From Candidatus Latescibacterota bacterium (GTDB lineage: Bacteria > Latescibacterota > UBA2968 > GCA-2709665): DNA of 64,000 nt. The translations under genes and the position numbers were made by a program. Below are positions 47,611 to 56,850 of the stretch, one piece after another (position 1 is the first letter of the stretch; the number at the start of each line of letters is the position of its first letter). The stretch covers positions 3,392,001 to 3,456,000 of the forward strand of contig OZ242358.1 of the NCBI GenBank assembly GCA_965208835.1, in the 5' to 3' direction. The notes under the pieces are model-generated. The model ran no database searches and was not told the DNA's origin. It worked only from the letters and a program-made list of their open reading frames with translations.

Positions 47611-48180
47611 TTACCGCTTTTGGACAGGAAATCTGCGCGCGTAGCTTACGGACGAAGCCAGAAGAAGCAGCGCCGAGAGGTACAGGAAAGGGACCTTCAG
47701 CGGCTGTGCATCCATAGCGTAGGCAATCAGCAACACGCTCATCGCGCAACTGGTCAGCTTGCCCCAGACGTTGGAAGTGAGTACGATCCGGTCGCGCTTT
47801 AACAGAAAGACACCGGCCAGGACAATCGCAACATCGCGCCCCACGACCACGACGACCACCCAGAGCGGCAATCCCTTCACCAGCGCCAGGACGATCGCGA
47901 TCGCATCGATCGCCACCTTGTCGGCAATCGGATCCAGGATCTTTCCCCAGCGCGTTACGGTCCCCCAGCGCCTCGCGAGATATCCGTCCAGAATATCGGT
48001 TATAATCATCACCATGACAACGGTGAACAGATACCACTTATACGCCGGACCCTTCCATATCATCCAGAGAACCGGGCCGGTCAATGCGGCGCGGAACAGG
48101 CTGAGCCCGTTTGCAGTCGTCCAGAACGGATCCGCCGGACGATTCCGGCGCGGCGTGGCAGGGGAGGCGCTTTCGTTCAT
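47611..48180 (-). CDS. CDP-alcohol phosphatidyltransferase (PgsA-like)
   Basis: TDILDGYLARR...GKILDPIADK signature. Confidence 0.9.
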   Translation of the reverse strand: MNESASPATPRRNRPADPFWTTANGLSLFRAALTGPVLWMIWKGPAYKWYLFTVVMVMIITDILDGYLARRWGTVTRWGKILDPIADKVAIDAIAIVLALVKGLPLWVVVVVVGRDVAIVLAGVFLLKRDRIVLTSNVWGKLTSCAMSVLLIAYAMDAQPLKVPFLYLSALLLLASSVSYARRFPVQKR

Positions 48181-48836
48181 TGATCCGCCTTTTCGCGGGG
48201 CGAGAGCACCACACAGCCCATGTTCGCCAATTCGCAGAACGCATTCTGCGCGGGCCCCCACGTGGTCAGATGATACCTCCCGTCCGGTAACTTCTGGCTT
48301 CTTGTGAAATTCGCGAAAATGCAGGACATGCCATCGTGCCGCGCCCGGCTCACTTCCGGTACGCCTTCCCAGGGGATGGCCAGCTGCGCGCACCAGCGCC
48401 CGTTCCCGTCCACCTCTCCGACCGTCCACCTCAGCCCGGGCACGTCGAATTTCGCCATCGCCGGCCAGTCGCTCTCCTCTTCACACGGGAAGTAAAGATC
48501 CAGAACGGCGCCAAGCGGGTTCACCTCGATTTCGTAGTAGCCGCTTCCGGCTCGAAGGAAGACCTCCACCGCGCATTCGTTGAACAGGTCCTGGTCCCGC
48601 GCCCGCATCGTCACCGGAACAGGGGATGGATCCGATACAAGACACACGTAAAGGGCCTCATCGTCCCAGAGCGCCGAGGCTTCCAGGAAAAAACCGGGCG
48701 GGTCGGCCTCGGTTCCAATCAAATGGAATTCCCGGCTGACGGTTTCGGCCGACGCCCACACCGTACCATTAATGATTCCATCCAACGGCGGCGGGACGGA
48801 GACCCTTCTGCAGCAGTAGACCGGTCTCTCTCTCAT
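48177..48836 (-). CDS. CBM9/DOMON-like protein
   Basis: LWDDEALYV, EVFL, YYEIEVNPLG, WCAQLAIPW. Confidence 0.7.
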   Translation of the reverse strand: MRERPVYCCRRVSVPPPLDGIINGTVWASAETVSREFHLIGTEADPPGFFLEASALWDDEALYVCLVSDPSPVPVTMRARDQDLFNECAVEVFLRAGSGYYEIEVNPLGAVLDLYFPCEEESDWPAMAKFDVPGLRWTVGEVDGNGRWCAQLAIPWEGVPEVSRARHDGMSCIFANFTRSQKLPDGRYHLTTWGPAQNAFCELANMGCVVLSPREKADQ

Positions 48837-48941
48837 GGATAGTTCCTTCCTGAATTCGTGTAAGGGAACGAAAGCGCCGGCAGGCCGTGTGAGTTCGCAA
48901 CCTCCCGGGTTACGACACCGGCGAGTGTCGCCGCGTTCATC

Positions 48942-49682
48942 TCAGTCCCGGTCGACGGTTTCCCTGTTTCCACCCGCACGCGATTGTGCTACCAGGTGTT
49001 CGAAGATGCGGTCCCACACCGTGCCTGGCAACGCTTCGGGGTGAAACTGTACGCCAATAATGCGTCCGTCTTCCGTCTCTATCCCTTCGATGACGCCGTC
49101 TTCGCTTACCGCATTGACGCGGAGCCCGTTACCGGGTCCTTCGATCGCCTGAATATGGAAGCTGTTCACCTGGAGAGAGTCGCCCGGCCGGCCGGTCAGC
49201 CGCGCGAGCCAGGTATCCGCCAGCGTTTGAACCCGGTGCCGCACCGGACGTTGTTCCGACCGCCTTGGGGAATGGGCGCATTTGCCGAGTTGGGCCTGTA
49301 AATCCGCGTAAATCGCGCCGTCGAACCGGGCATTGATGAACTGCATTCCGTAGCAGATGCCCAGCATCGGGAGGTCCCGATTCCGCGCGCCGCGGAAAAT
49401 CCATTCGTCCGTCTTAGCCCGGGTCGGGTGTACCGGGGGCAGGTCGTCGGGAAGTACACCAATCAAACCGTCCGTTATGCCGGGACCGCCCGTTATGATC
49501 AGCCCGTCAATCAGATCCAGTACCGGCGCAAGCACCTCCCGGCTTTCGACCATAGGCAGAATCACAGGGCAGCCCCCGGCCCGTTCCACGGCATTGATAT
49601 ATGCGCGACCCACGATCTGCCGTGAGTCGCCGCTCTTCGGCGTCTCGATGCCTGTCGTGATGCCGATTACCGGACGGGGCAC
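48942..49682 (-). CDS. class I glutamine amidotransferase-like peptidase C26 (PuuD family)
   Basis: GICYGMQ, VNSFH, GVQFHPE. Confidence 0.85.
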   Translation of the reverse strand: MPRPVIGITTGIETPKSGDSRQIVGRAYINAVERAGGCPVILPMVESREVLAPVLDLIDGLIITGGPGITDGLIGVLPDDLPPVHPTRAKTDEWIFRGARNRDLPMLGICYGMQFINARFDGAIYADLQAQLGKCAHSPRRSEQRPVRHRVQTLADTWLARLTGRPGDSLQVNSFHIQAIEGPGNGLRVNAVSEDGVIEGIETEDGRIIGVQFHPEALPGTVWDRIFEHLVAQSRAGGNRETVDRD

Positions 49683-49722
49683 AAATTCCTCCAGAATCCT
49701 GTGCGGCCACAAACGCGACAAA

Positions 49723-50514
49723 CTAGGCAAACATCAACCGAACGCCGATCGCCAGCACCAGGGCCAGGATTGCCCTGTTGAACCAGACGACGGACAACCG
49801 GCGGTTCATCAGGATACCGAGCCCCACGCCCGCGGCAAGCGTCGGCAGCATGAAGAGGTCCATGCGCCACACTTCGGGGCCCAGCAGGCCCAGCTGTGCA
49901 TAGGCCAGCGCTTTCATGGAATTCAGCGCCATTCCGACCAGCACCGCGGTGGCCACAAATACCCTGCCGCTCAGGCCCTGGGGAATGAGATACAACATCA
50001 GGATGATGCCGCCGGAATGGGTCAGTACCGAAACGACACCGAGCGCCACGCCGGCCGCGACCGCCGAAACGGACGGTACTTTCGGCAGATGGTCTTTAAA
50101 CGCCTGCAACAGGCTGAAGACGCATGCCAATCCGCCCAGCACCCGCCGGAACCAGAGGTCGGGAATGGCATCCAGTAAAACCCAGCCGACCAGCACACCG
50201 ATCGCCATCCCCGGAATCAGGCTTCCGACAACCCTGGAAACGCGGTACTTCCAATAATACCGAATCGCGATCAGATCCGCCGCCAGAGACAACGGCAACA
50301 TGACGCCCAGCGCCAGCTTGGCGGGTATCACCAGCGCCAGCAGCGGCGTCACGACCACGCCCACACCGCCGCCGAACCCTGCCTTCATGATGCCAATGAG
50401 CAGGCCCGCCAAAGCCAGCACCAGATGCGTAATGTCCAAACGGTCCCCTCTCGTTACCGAAACCGGGGAATCGGTCTCCCCGCACCGGCCGGCGAACCGG
50501 TGTTCCGTCTCCAT
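49723..50514 (-). CDS. TauE/SafE family membrane protein
   Basis: KAGFGGG, multiple TM helices, HSGG. Confidence 0.82.
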   Translation of the reverse strand: METEHRFAGRCGETDSPVSVTRGDRLDITHLVLALAGLLIGIMKAGFGGGVGVVVTPLLALVIPAKLALGVMLPLSLAADLIAIRYYWKYRVSRVVGSLIPGMAIGVLVGWVLLDAIPDLWFRRVLGGLACVFSLLQAFKDHLPKVPSVSAVAAGVALGVVSVLTHSGGIILMLYLIPQGLSGRVFVATAVLVGMALNSMKALAYAQLGLLGPEVWRMDLFMLPTLAAGVGLGILMNRRLSVVWFNRAILALVLAIGVRLMFA

Positions 50515-50521
50515 GCCACGA

Positions 50522-51301
50522 CTACCGGTTGCTGCCGAACACCTTTCTCTTCAATTTCCGGAGTACGCAAAACAGCCAGCGAGCGTCCCGGATGACCGGC
50601 AATCTGAAGTAGAGCCCGAGCCGGTATTTCCGTCGGACGCGCCAGACAGCGCGGTCGTCGGACTCCCTGCGGCTGATGTTGGCGCCGTGGATCCGGTAGT
50701 AATAGAGGGGTTTTGGAACATAATGCCCGCAGCCGTGCCGTCTCAGGACGACATTCAGCCACAGATCCCAATCCTGATAACGCCGCAGGGATTCGTCGAA
50801 TCCCGGAAAACTCCCTGCCCGCAACAGTGAGGCGACATCCACATAGTTGCCCTTTCGCAGCCTGTCCGGCTGGAAGGGTCCGGATTTCCTGACGCCGTCC
50901 GGCTCCGGGTACCAGGAACCGTCACCGTCTGTGAAGTTGATTCGATCGCAATATACGAAATCGAGACCCGGACGTGCGAGCGCAGCCCCATGCAGCACAT
51001 CCAGGAATTCGGGCGACATATAGTTGTCCGCGTCGAAAAAGACCACCCATTCGGCCGAAACATGGTTGAATCCGAAATTTCGGGACTTGTTCCCGTTCAG
51101 GTATTCAACACGACGGTATTCCATCTCCGGAAACTGCCTGGCGACGGCATCGGTCTCGTCGGTACTGGCATCGTCCACGACCAGCACAGACGCCGGTTTC
51201 AGCAACTGGCTCTCAATCGAATGCAGGCATTGCCGGAGATAACGGCCGTAATTGTGACAGGTGACGATTACGGCTATATCCGCCTTTCGCTCTGGAATCA
51301 T
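50522..51301 (-). CDS. GT2 glycosyltransferase
   Basis: VTCHNYG, VDDASTD, FDAD, QDWDLW. Confidence 0.88.
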   Translation of the reverse strand: MIPERKADIAVIVTCHNYGRYLRQCLHSIESQLLKPASVLVVDDASTDETDAVARQFPEMEYRRVEYLNGNKSRNFGFNHVSAEWVVFFDADNYMSPEFLDVLHGAALARPGLDFVYCDRINFTDGDGSWYPEPDGVRKSGPFQPDRLRKGNYVDVASLLRAGSFPGFDESLRRYQDWDLWLNVVLRRHGCGHYVPKPLYYYRIHGANISRRESDDRAVWRVRRKYRLGLYFRLPVIRDARWLFCVLRKLKRKVFGSNR

Positions 51302-52311
51302 CCCTGCCCGTCCGGTGCCTGCGGTCGCTCGGGAACCTGCCCTCTGGCTATGCGCAGCAGTTCGACCTGGTACTCCAGACCGAGCAGCCCGTCCGCTCCC
51401 GACACGACGGGCCGACCGTGGGATCCCCGTACGCACGATACGAAGGCATCGACCAGTATGTGCAGAAAGTCGTCACATTGCACAGATTCACTTCCGTGGA
51501 CGAGGCGGGCGCGGTAGATTTTATCGTCGTCGACGTACCCCTCCCAATCCACCATGAAGCCGTTGACACCAAACCGTCGCGCCGGTATGCCCTCATCGAT
51601 ATCCCGCATGACCAGTTCCACGCCGCACCGTCCGGGGCCGCTGACGTAATCGAACCGCGCCCGGTTCTCACGCTCTTCGATTTCGCAGACGGCGGTTGTC
51701 ATATCCATCCTGCCATCCGGAAGGAAGCCAATGACCAGACTCAATGCGTGCGGGGCCACGTCCGCCCAGATTTCCTCGTAGCGTTTCGGCCCTTTTCGTC
51801 CCTTCACCTCCATTTCCATCGTAATCCTGGTAACGTCGTCCCACGCTCCGCGGACCTGCTCGTAAAACGCCCGATAGTGCGGTATGCCCGCCGGATACTG
51901 GGCAGACACCCCCAACAGACGTCCCGCGTCCTTCGCTTTCGAAACGACCGCCCGTCCGTCGGCCAGAATCTCATCCAGTTCCTTGTCTTTGTCCCAGCAG
52001 AACGGCTTCTCGCAAAGCACGTGTGCGCCGGCGTCAAGCGCGGCAATCGCGTGCGCCCTGTGCAACGGATACGGACTCGTCACGGCGACGATGTCGGGGG
52101 TTTCCTCCCGCAACATCGCCTCCACATCCTGGTACGCCCGGCCGCGGAAGCCGAAGTATGACGCCAGCCGCGCGCGGGTGCGCTCGCATGAATCCCTGGA
52201 CGTGCCCGTGAACGCAACCACGTCGCACCCGGAGAGATCGTACCAACGGGCATGATGCTGACCGATTCCACTGGCGCCTATAACGGCGACGCTGAGCGGC
52301 GTGTCGTACAT
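51298..52311 (-). CDS. Gfo/Idh/MocA oxidoreductase
   Basis: VIGASGIG, HVLCEKP, DVAPH. Confidence 0.85.
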   Translation of the reverse strand: MYDTPLSVAVIGASGIGQHHARWYDLSGCDVVAFTGTSRDSCERTRARLASYFGFRGRAYQDVEAMLREETPDIVAVTSPYPLHRAHAIAALDAGAHVLCEKPFCWDKDKELDEILADGRAVVSKAKDAGRLLGVSAQYPAGIPHYRAFYEQVRGAWDDVTRITMEMEVKGRKGPKRYEEIWADVAPHALSLVIGFLPDGRMDMTTAVCEIEERENRARFDYVSGPGRCGVELVMRDIDEGIPARRFGVNGFMVDWEGYVDDDKIYRARLVHGSESVQCDDFLHILVDAFVSCVRGSHGRPVVSGADGLLGLEYQVELLRIARGQVPERPQAPDGQG

Positions 52312-52551
52312 GACTGCTCCTGGCCAATGATTCCGTCGAAGGACCCTTGTAAAATAGATATCCTCACAACCGGGGCCAATGCTTTTTTCCGGCGCCCGGC
52401 AGGTGTGCGCCCCGGTCTCCCTCGCCAGCTGATCGGCGGCGTCGAGACCGACTTTTAGCGCGGCGAATCCGTGCGCCATCCCGAAAGGACGGAAGGCCGT
52501 TCCGCGCATCTGCAGGATGGTCTTTCCTTTTGAGGGCATTAAAGGAAACCC

Positions 52552-52579
52552 TTGTTTTTTTTCTGCTTTTTGATATACT
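52552..52579 (+). promoter_or_regulatory. putative promoter of ferritin
   Basis: TTGTTT-16 nt-TATACT with a TGn extended -10 in an AT-rich patch. Confidence 0.4.
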
Positions 52580-52703
52580 TAGCATTCCGCATCCGTCTTC
52601 AGATCGTGTACGAGACCGGCCGATCCTCCGTGGGCGACACGTTCCGGTTGCGGCGTGTTGACGTCCTGTCTGCTATTTATTCCAGTTCTCAGGGAGGACA
52701 TGA

Positions 52704-53213
52704 ATGATAAAGGAAAATGTACAGGCTGCCTTGAACCAACAGTTGAATTCAGAACTGTACGCCTCGTATTACTATCTCTCGATGTCCGCCTATTTTCACG
52801 CCACGAACCTGACGGGTTTCGCCTCCTGGATGCGCGCCCAGGCCCAGGAGGAACTGATGCACGCCATGAAGATTTACGACTTTATCAATGACCGGGAAGG
52901 CGAGGTGGCGCTGACGACCGTTGCGGCACCCAAACGTGATTGGGACGATTCCCTGGCGGCGTTCGAAGATGCCTATCGGCATGAAAAGGCGGTTACCGCC
53001 CAGATCTACGACCTGGTGGACCTGAGCGTCGAGGAACGGGACCACGCGACCAACACCTTTCTTCAGTGGTTCGTTACCGAACAGGTGGAGGAAGAGGCCA
53101 CCGCAAGCGATATCGTCAACAAGCTGAAACTGGTCGGCAGCGACGGCAACGGCCTGTTTCTTCTGGACAGAGACCTGGGAACACGAAACCAGGAATCAGA
53201 CGGGGACGAATAG
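52704..53213 (+). CDS. ftnA: non-heme ferritin
   Basis: ELYASYYYLSM, EELMHA, HEKAVT, FLQWFVTEQVEEE. Confidence 0.93.
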   Translation: MIKENVQAALNQQLNSELYASYYYLSMSAYFHATNLTGFASWMRAQAQEELMHAMKIYDFINDREGEVALTTVAAPKRDWDDSLAAFEDAYRHEKAVTAQIYDLVDLSVEERDHATNTFLQWFVTEQVEEEATASDIVNKLKLVGSDGNGLFLLDRDLGTRNQESDGDE

Positions 53214-53306
53214 AGGAGCTCGTCGCCGCACAACTGTCGTTGCACAACGAACCCCTCCGCCAGCCGGCGCCGGTGGTATTTCACCGGAAAAAATCATGAT
53301 CGTAAC

Positions 53307-53335
53307 TTGACAAAACGCTATTCGTATGTTATCTT
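53307..53335 (+). promoter_or_regulatory. sigma70-type promoter ~660 nt upstream of the sigma factor
   Basis: TTGACA-17 nt-TATCTT with TGn. Confidence 0.6.
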
Positions 53336-53612
53336 GTTATTTCACAGGGCTTTCTGTAAATAGCTAGTCTCATTTGAAATCGGAGTCGATTGCAGTTTCA
53401 GCCGCCACCCCTTGGCATTGAAACGGTGATTCCGGCAAGTTACGGCTCTCCGACCGGACAGCATCCGGGCTGCAGAACCAGGGAGGGCCGGAACAGAAAG
53501 CAACCTCGGGAATCGGTTCCCCGATCGGTTTCCGGAAGAATCCTGAGTTTCCCCACGAGTTCAACACCTCACCCCTGGAGGGGTTGAACTTTCCGAATCT
53601 CCCTTCTCCCTT

Positions 53613-53800
53613 AGAAGCTGTTTTAAAATCCCCAGCAGTCTTCGCGCGGCTGCAAAAGCGCCGGTCGGCGTTGGTCAGACCCACCCGTCTTACGAGATCG
53701 AGGCTGCGCCTGCTCGCCTCTCATAGGCGGATTTTCCCGCCTTGACCGCCACTCTTTCGCTCGCGCCCGGGAACTCACCAGAAATTTTAAAACTGCTTCT
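53613..53800. mobile_element. MITE family B copy (188 bp)
   Basis: TIRs AGAAGCTGTTTTAAAAT / ATTTTAAAACTGCTTCT. Confidence 0.75.
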
Positions 53801-53992
53801 TTTTCGATTCCTCCCCTTTCCGGATTGTGTCATTCACGTTCACGGTCCGCTCTTTCGAGCGCCGTGTATCGCAAGTCGTGCATTCTGCACGCACAGGATA
53901 CGTCTGCGCGCGAGCTCCGGGTGGTTCCCGATTGATTGCATCAGGCAGGGAGCCGTCACGCAGACGACCGCACCATTGTCTGGGGGAAAGTA

Positions 53993-54874
53993 ATGCCTGC
54001 AACGGTTATGAGGCAGCAGAACGGAATCTCGTCACGGGGAAAGAAGCGGTCAGCGCTTGAACTCTATCTCAAGGATATCGCGTATAACGATCTGCTCACG
54101 CCGCAACAGGAAGTGACGCTGGCCAAGCGCATCCGGGCCGGAGACCGCAAGAGCCTGGAACAGATGGTCGAGTCCAACCTCCGGTTCGTTATCACGATCG
54201 CCAAGGAATATCAGGGGCGGGGATTGCCGCTGGAAGACCTGATTGCCGAAGGAAATCTCGGTCTGGTTCGCGCGGCAACGCGGTACGATGAAACGGTGGG
54301 CGTCAAGTTTACAACCTATGCGGTCTGGTGGATCCGGCAGGGCATCCTCTCTTCGCTGGCGGAAAAAGCCCGTATGGTCAGGCTGCCTGTCAACAAGATC
54401 AAACACCTGTGCCGGCTGGCGCGCATTGCTTCAAGCCTCAAGCAGAAACTCGGCAGGGAGCCAAGCATCGACGAGATTGCGCGGGGGGCCGACATGCAGC
54501 CCAAACAGGCCCAGGATCTGCTCAATGCGTCGCGCTGGCACGTGTCCCTGGATATGCCGCTGGAGGATGGTCCGGACTCGTCTCTGCTCGAAGTCCTGGA
54601 GGATAAAGACCAGGTGTCGCCCGAAAACGTAGTGATGGAACAGGCGATGGCCGACGAAATCCGAGCCGCGCTGGATACCCTGTCATCCCGCGAAGCCCGA
54701 ATCCTGCGGCTTTATTTCGGAATCAACGGCGAAGACTCCATGACGCTGGAACAAATAGGCAATCAACTCAGTTTAACTAAGGAACGCGTTCGCCAGATTC
54801 GAGACAAGGCGCTTGCATCGCTCAAACACCCGTCGCGGATGCGAAAGATCCGCGCGTACCTCACGGAGAACTGA
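53993..54874 (+). CDS. RpoD/RpoS-family sigma70 factor lacking region 1.1
   Basis: LYLKDI, NLRFV, DLIAEGNLGL, YAVWWIRQ, TKERVRQI. Confidence 0.93.
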   Translation: MPATVMRQQNGISSRGKKRSALELYLKDIAYNDLLTPQQEVTLAKRIRAGDRKSLEQMVESNLRFVITIAKEYQGRGLPLEDLIAEGNLGLVRAATRYDETVGVKFTTYAVWWIRQGILSSLAEKARMVRLPVNKIKHLCRLARIASSLKQKLGREPSIDEIARGADMQPKQAQDLLNASRWHVSLDMPLEDGPDSSLLEVLEDKDQVSPENVVMEQAMADEIRAALDTLSSREARILRLYFGINGEDSMTLEQIGNQLSLTKERVRQIRDKALASLKHPSRMRKIRAYLTEN

Positions 54875-54879
54875 GTACA

Positions 54880-55314
54880 GTGGCACACGATACGCTCAAT
54901 AACCCGGAAGTTTCCCTCAGGGGCGCCGTCTCACCCGTGCTGGATATCGTGGGCGTACATCACATCACGCTGGTTGCGCGCAATCTGGATCGATCCAGGT
55001 CCTTCTACGAGAAATTTCTGGGTCTGAACCCCATACCACGGCCGGATTACGACTTCGAGGGCGCCTGGTACCGATGTGGAAGCCTGGAGATCCATCTGCT
55101 TGTGGCGGAAGAACACCCGGATCCTTCCAGGCGCCATATCGCATTCGAGGTCTCGGACTTTGAGCGCGTCGTCAAATCTCTGGATGGCGGGTGGGTACAC
55201 GTCGTGGGTGGCCCGGGCATCAGACCGCACGACGGGAGCCGCTTCGTGTTTCTCCAGGATCCCGACGGCAACCTGATAGAAATCACGTGTCGAGGGGCAA
55301 AGCGCAAAGATTGA
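54880..55314 (+). CDS. VOC/glyoxalase family protein
   Basis: VHHITL, RHIAFEV, FLQDPDGNLIEI. Confidence 0.88.
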   Translation: MAHDTLNNPEVSLRGAVSPVLDIVGVHHITLVARNLDRSRSFYEKFLGLNPIPRPDYDFEGAWYRCGSLEIHLLVAEEHPDPSRRHIAFEVSDFERVVKSLDGGWVHVVGGPGIRPHDGSRFVFLQDPDGNLIEITCRGAKRKD

Positions 55315-55334
55315 AGCGTCGTTGAAACCTGATG

Positions 55335-55370
55335 AAAAAAGGGCCGCGATGGATATCGCGGCCCTTTATT
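55335..55370. terminator. bidirectional intrinsic terminator
   Basis: AAAAAA-GGGCCGCGAT-GGAT-ATCGCGGCCC-TTTATT between convergent genes. Confidence 0.8.
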
Positions 55371-55398
55371 GCGTCTGATGCGAGTCCGCCCGGGGAGC

Positions 55399-56850
55399 TC
55401 ATTCACCCCCCGTCACCCGCAGCACGGGCTTCCGCGCGGCCGTTGCTTCGTCCAGCCTCCGGACGGGTGTGTGGTGCGGCGCGTGGTGCAACAGGTCGGG
55501 GTCTTCTTCCACCTCAGCGGCGATCTGTATCATGGCGTCGATGAACTCGTCAAGCTGTTCCAGGCTCTCCGTCTCCGTGGGCTCGATCAGCATCGCCTCG
55601 GGCGCCACCCTGGGCAGAGGAAAATAAATCGTTGGCGGGTGATGGCCGTAGTCGATCAGTCTCTTGGCGATATCCAGAGCGCTGACCCCGCTGGACCGCT
55701 TCTGCCGCGACGCCGAGAACACCATTTCGTGCATGGGCTGCGCGGACTTGGGGCGGTCGTAATACCCGCCCAGCCGGCTGGCGATGTAATTCGCGTTCAG
55801 GACGGCCATCTCGCTCGTGCGCCGCATTCCTTCCGCACCAAGCATTCTTGCATAGACGTACGCGCGAATCACCATCCCGAAATTGCCGTAGAACGTACTG
55901 ACCTTTCCGATCGACCGTGGACGATCGTAGTCCAGACCGAAACGATCGTCCGATTGCGTGACGACGGGAACCGGCAGGTAAGGCAGCAACGCGTCTTTCA
56001 CGCCGACGGGTCCTGACCCGGGACCACCGCCGCCGTGCGGGGTCGTGAAGGTCTTGTGCAGGTTGATGTGGACAACGTCGAATCCCATATCTCCGGGTCT
56101 GCATTGTCCCAGGAATGCGTTCAAATTCGCTCCGTCGTAATAAAGCAGGCCTCCGCCGTCGTGGACCACCTGCTGGATGTCCTGGATTTCGTCCTCGAAT
56201 ACGCCGAAAGTGTTCGGATTGGTCAGCATCAATCCCGCGACCCGGTCGTTCATCTTGGCCTTCAGGTCCGCCACGTCCACTGTTCCCCGGTCGGTGGATT
56301 TCAACGTCTCCACCCGGAAACCGCACATCGCCGCAGTCGCGGGGTTCGTTCCGTGTGCGGAATCCGGAATCAGCACAACCTGCCTGTCGTCCTGATTCTC
56401 GCGATGGTACGCCGCTATCAGCGAAATGCCGACGAACTCTCCCTGTGCACCCGCGGCCGGCTGAAACGTAAACCCTTCCATTCCGGTAACGGCCCTCAAT
56501 ATACCGTCCATCTCCCACATAACCCGCAACGCAGCCTGCGACGCCGTCTCGTCCGCAAAGGGATGTAATCCCGCGAAATCGGGCAGGCGCGCAACGCGTT
56601 CGTGTACCTTTGGATTATACTTCATCGTGCAGGAACCCAGCGGGTAAAACGCCGTATCGATACTGAAGTTCATGGACGAAAGATTCACGTAATGGCGCAC
56701 CAGCTCCAGTTCGCTGACTTCCGGCAGTGCGGGCGCGTCACTCCGATGCATTCCGTCCGGTATCGGCACAAACGCGTCCCCCGCGTCCGGAAACCGCGTG
56801 CACCTGCGCCCGTTTTCGCCTCGTTCAAAAATCAGCAGATCCCTGTCCAT
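55399..56850 (-). CDS. gcvPB: glycine dehydrogenase subunit 2
   Basis: PLGSCTMKYNP, AHGTNPA, NLHKTFTTPHGGGGPG, EPTETES. Confidence 0.96.
   Translation of the reverse strand: MDRDLLIFERGENGRRCTRFPDAGDAFVPIPDGMHRSDAPALPEVSELELVRHYVNLSSMNFSIDTAFYPLGSCTMKYNPKVHERVARLPDFAGLHPFADETASQAALRVMWEMDGILRAVTGMEGFTFQPAAGAQGEFVGISLIAAYHRENQDDRQVVLIPDSAHGTNPATAAMCGFRVETLKSTDRGTVDVADLKAKMNDRVAGLMLTNPNTFGVFEDEIQDIQQVVHDGGGLLYYDGANLNAFLGQCRPGDMGFDVVHINLHKTFTTPHGGGGPGSGPVGVKDALLPYLPVPVVTQSDDRFGLDYDRPRSIGKVSTFYGNFGMVIRAYVYARMLGAEGMRRTSEMAVLNANYIASRLGGYYDRPKSAQPMHEMVFSASRQKRSSGVSALDIAKRLIDYGHHPPTIYFPLPRVAPEAMLIEPTETESLEQLDEFIDAMIQIAAEVEEDPDLLHHAPHHTPVRRLDEATAARKPVLRVTGGE

Noticed and set aside
53478-53510. SRP RNA-like AGGGCCGGAACAGAAAGCAACC
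   Set aside because: Does not fit the conserved SRP domain IV stem and loop geometry.
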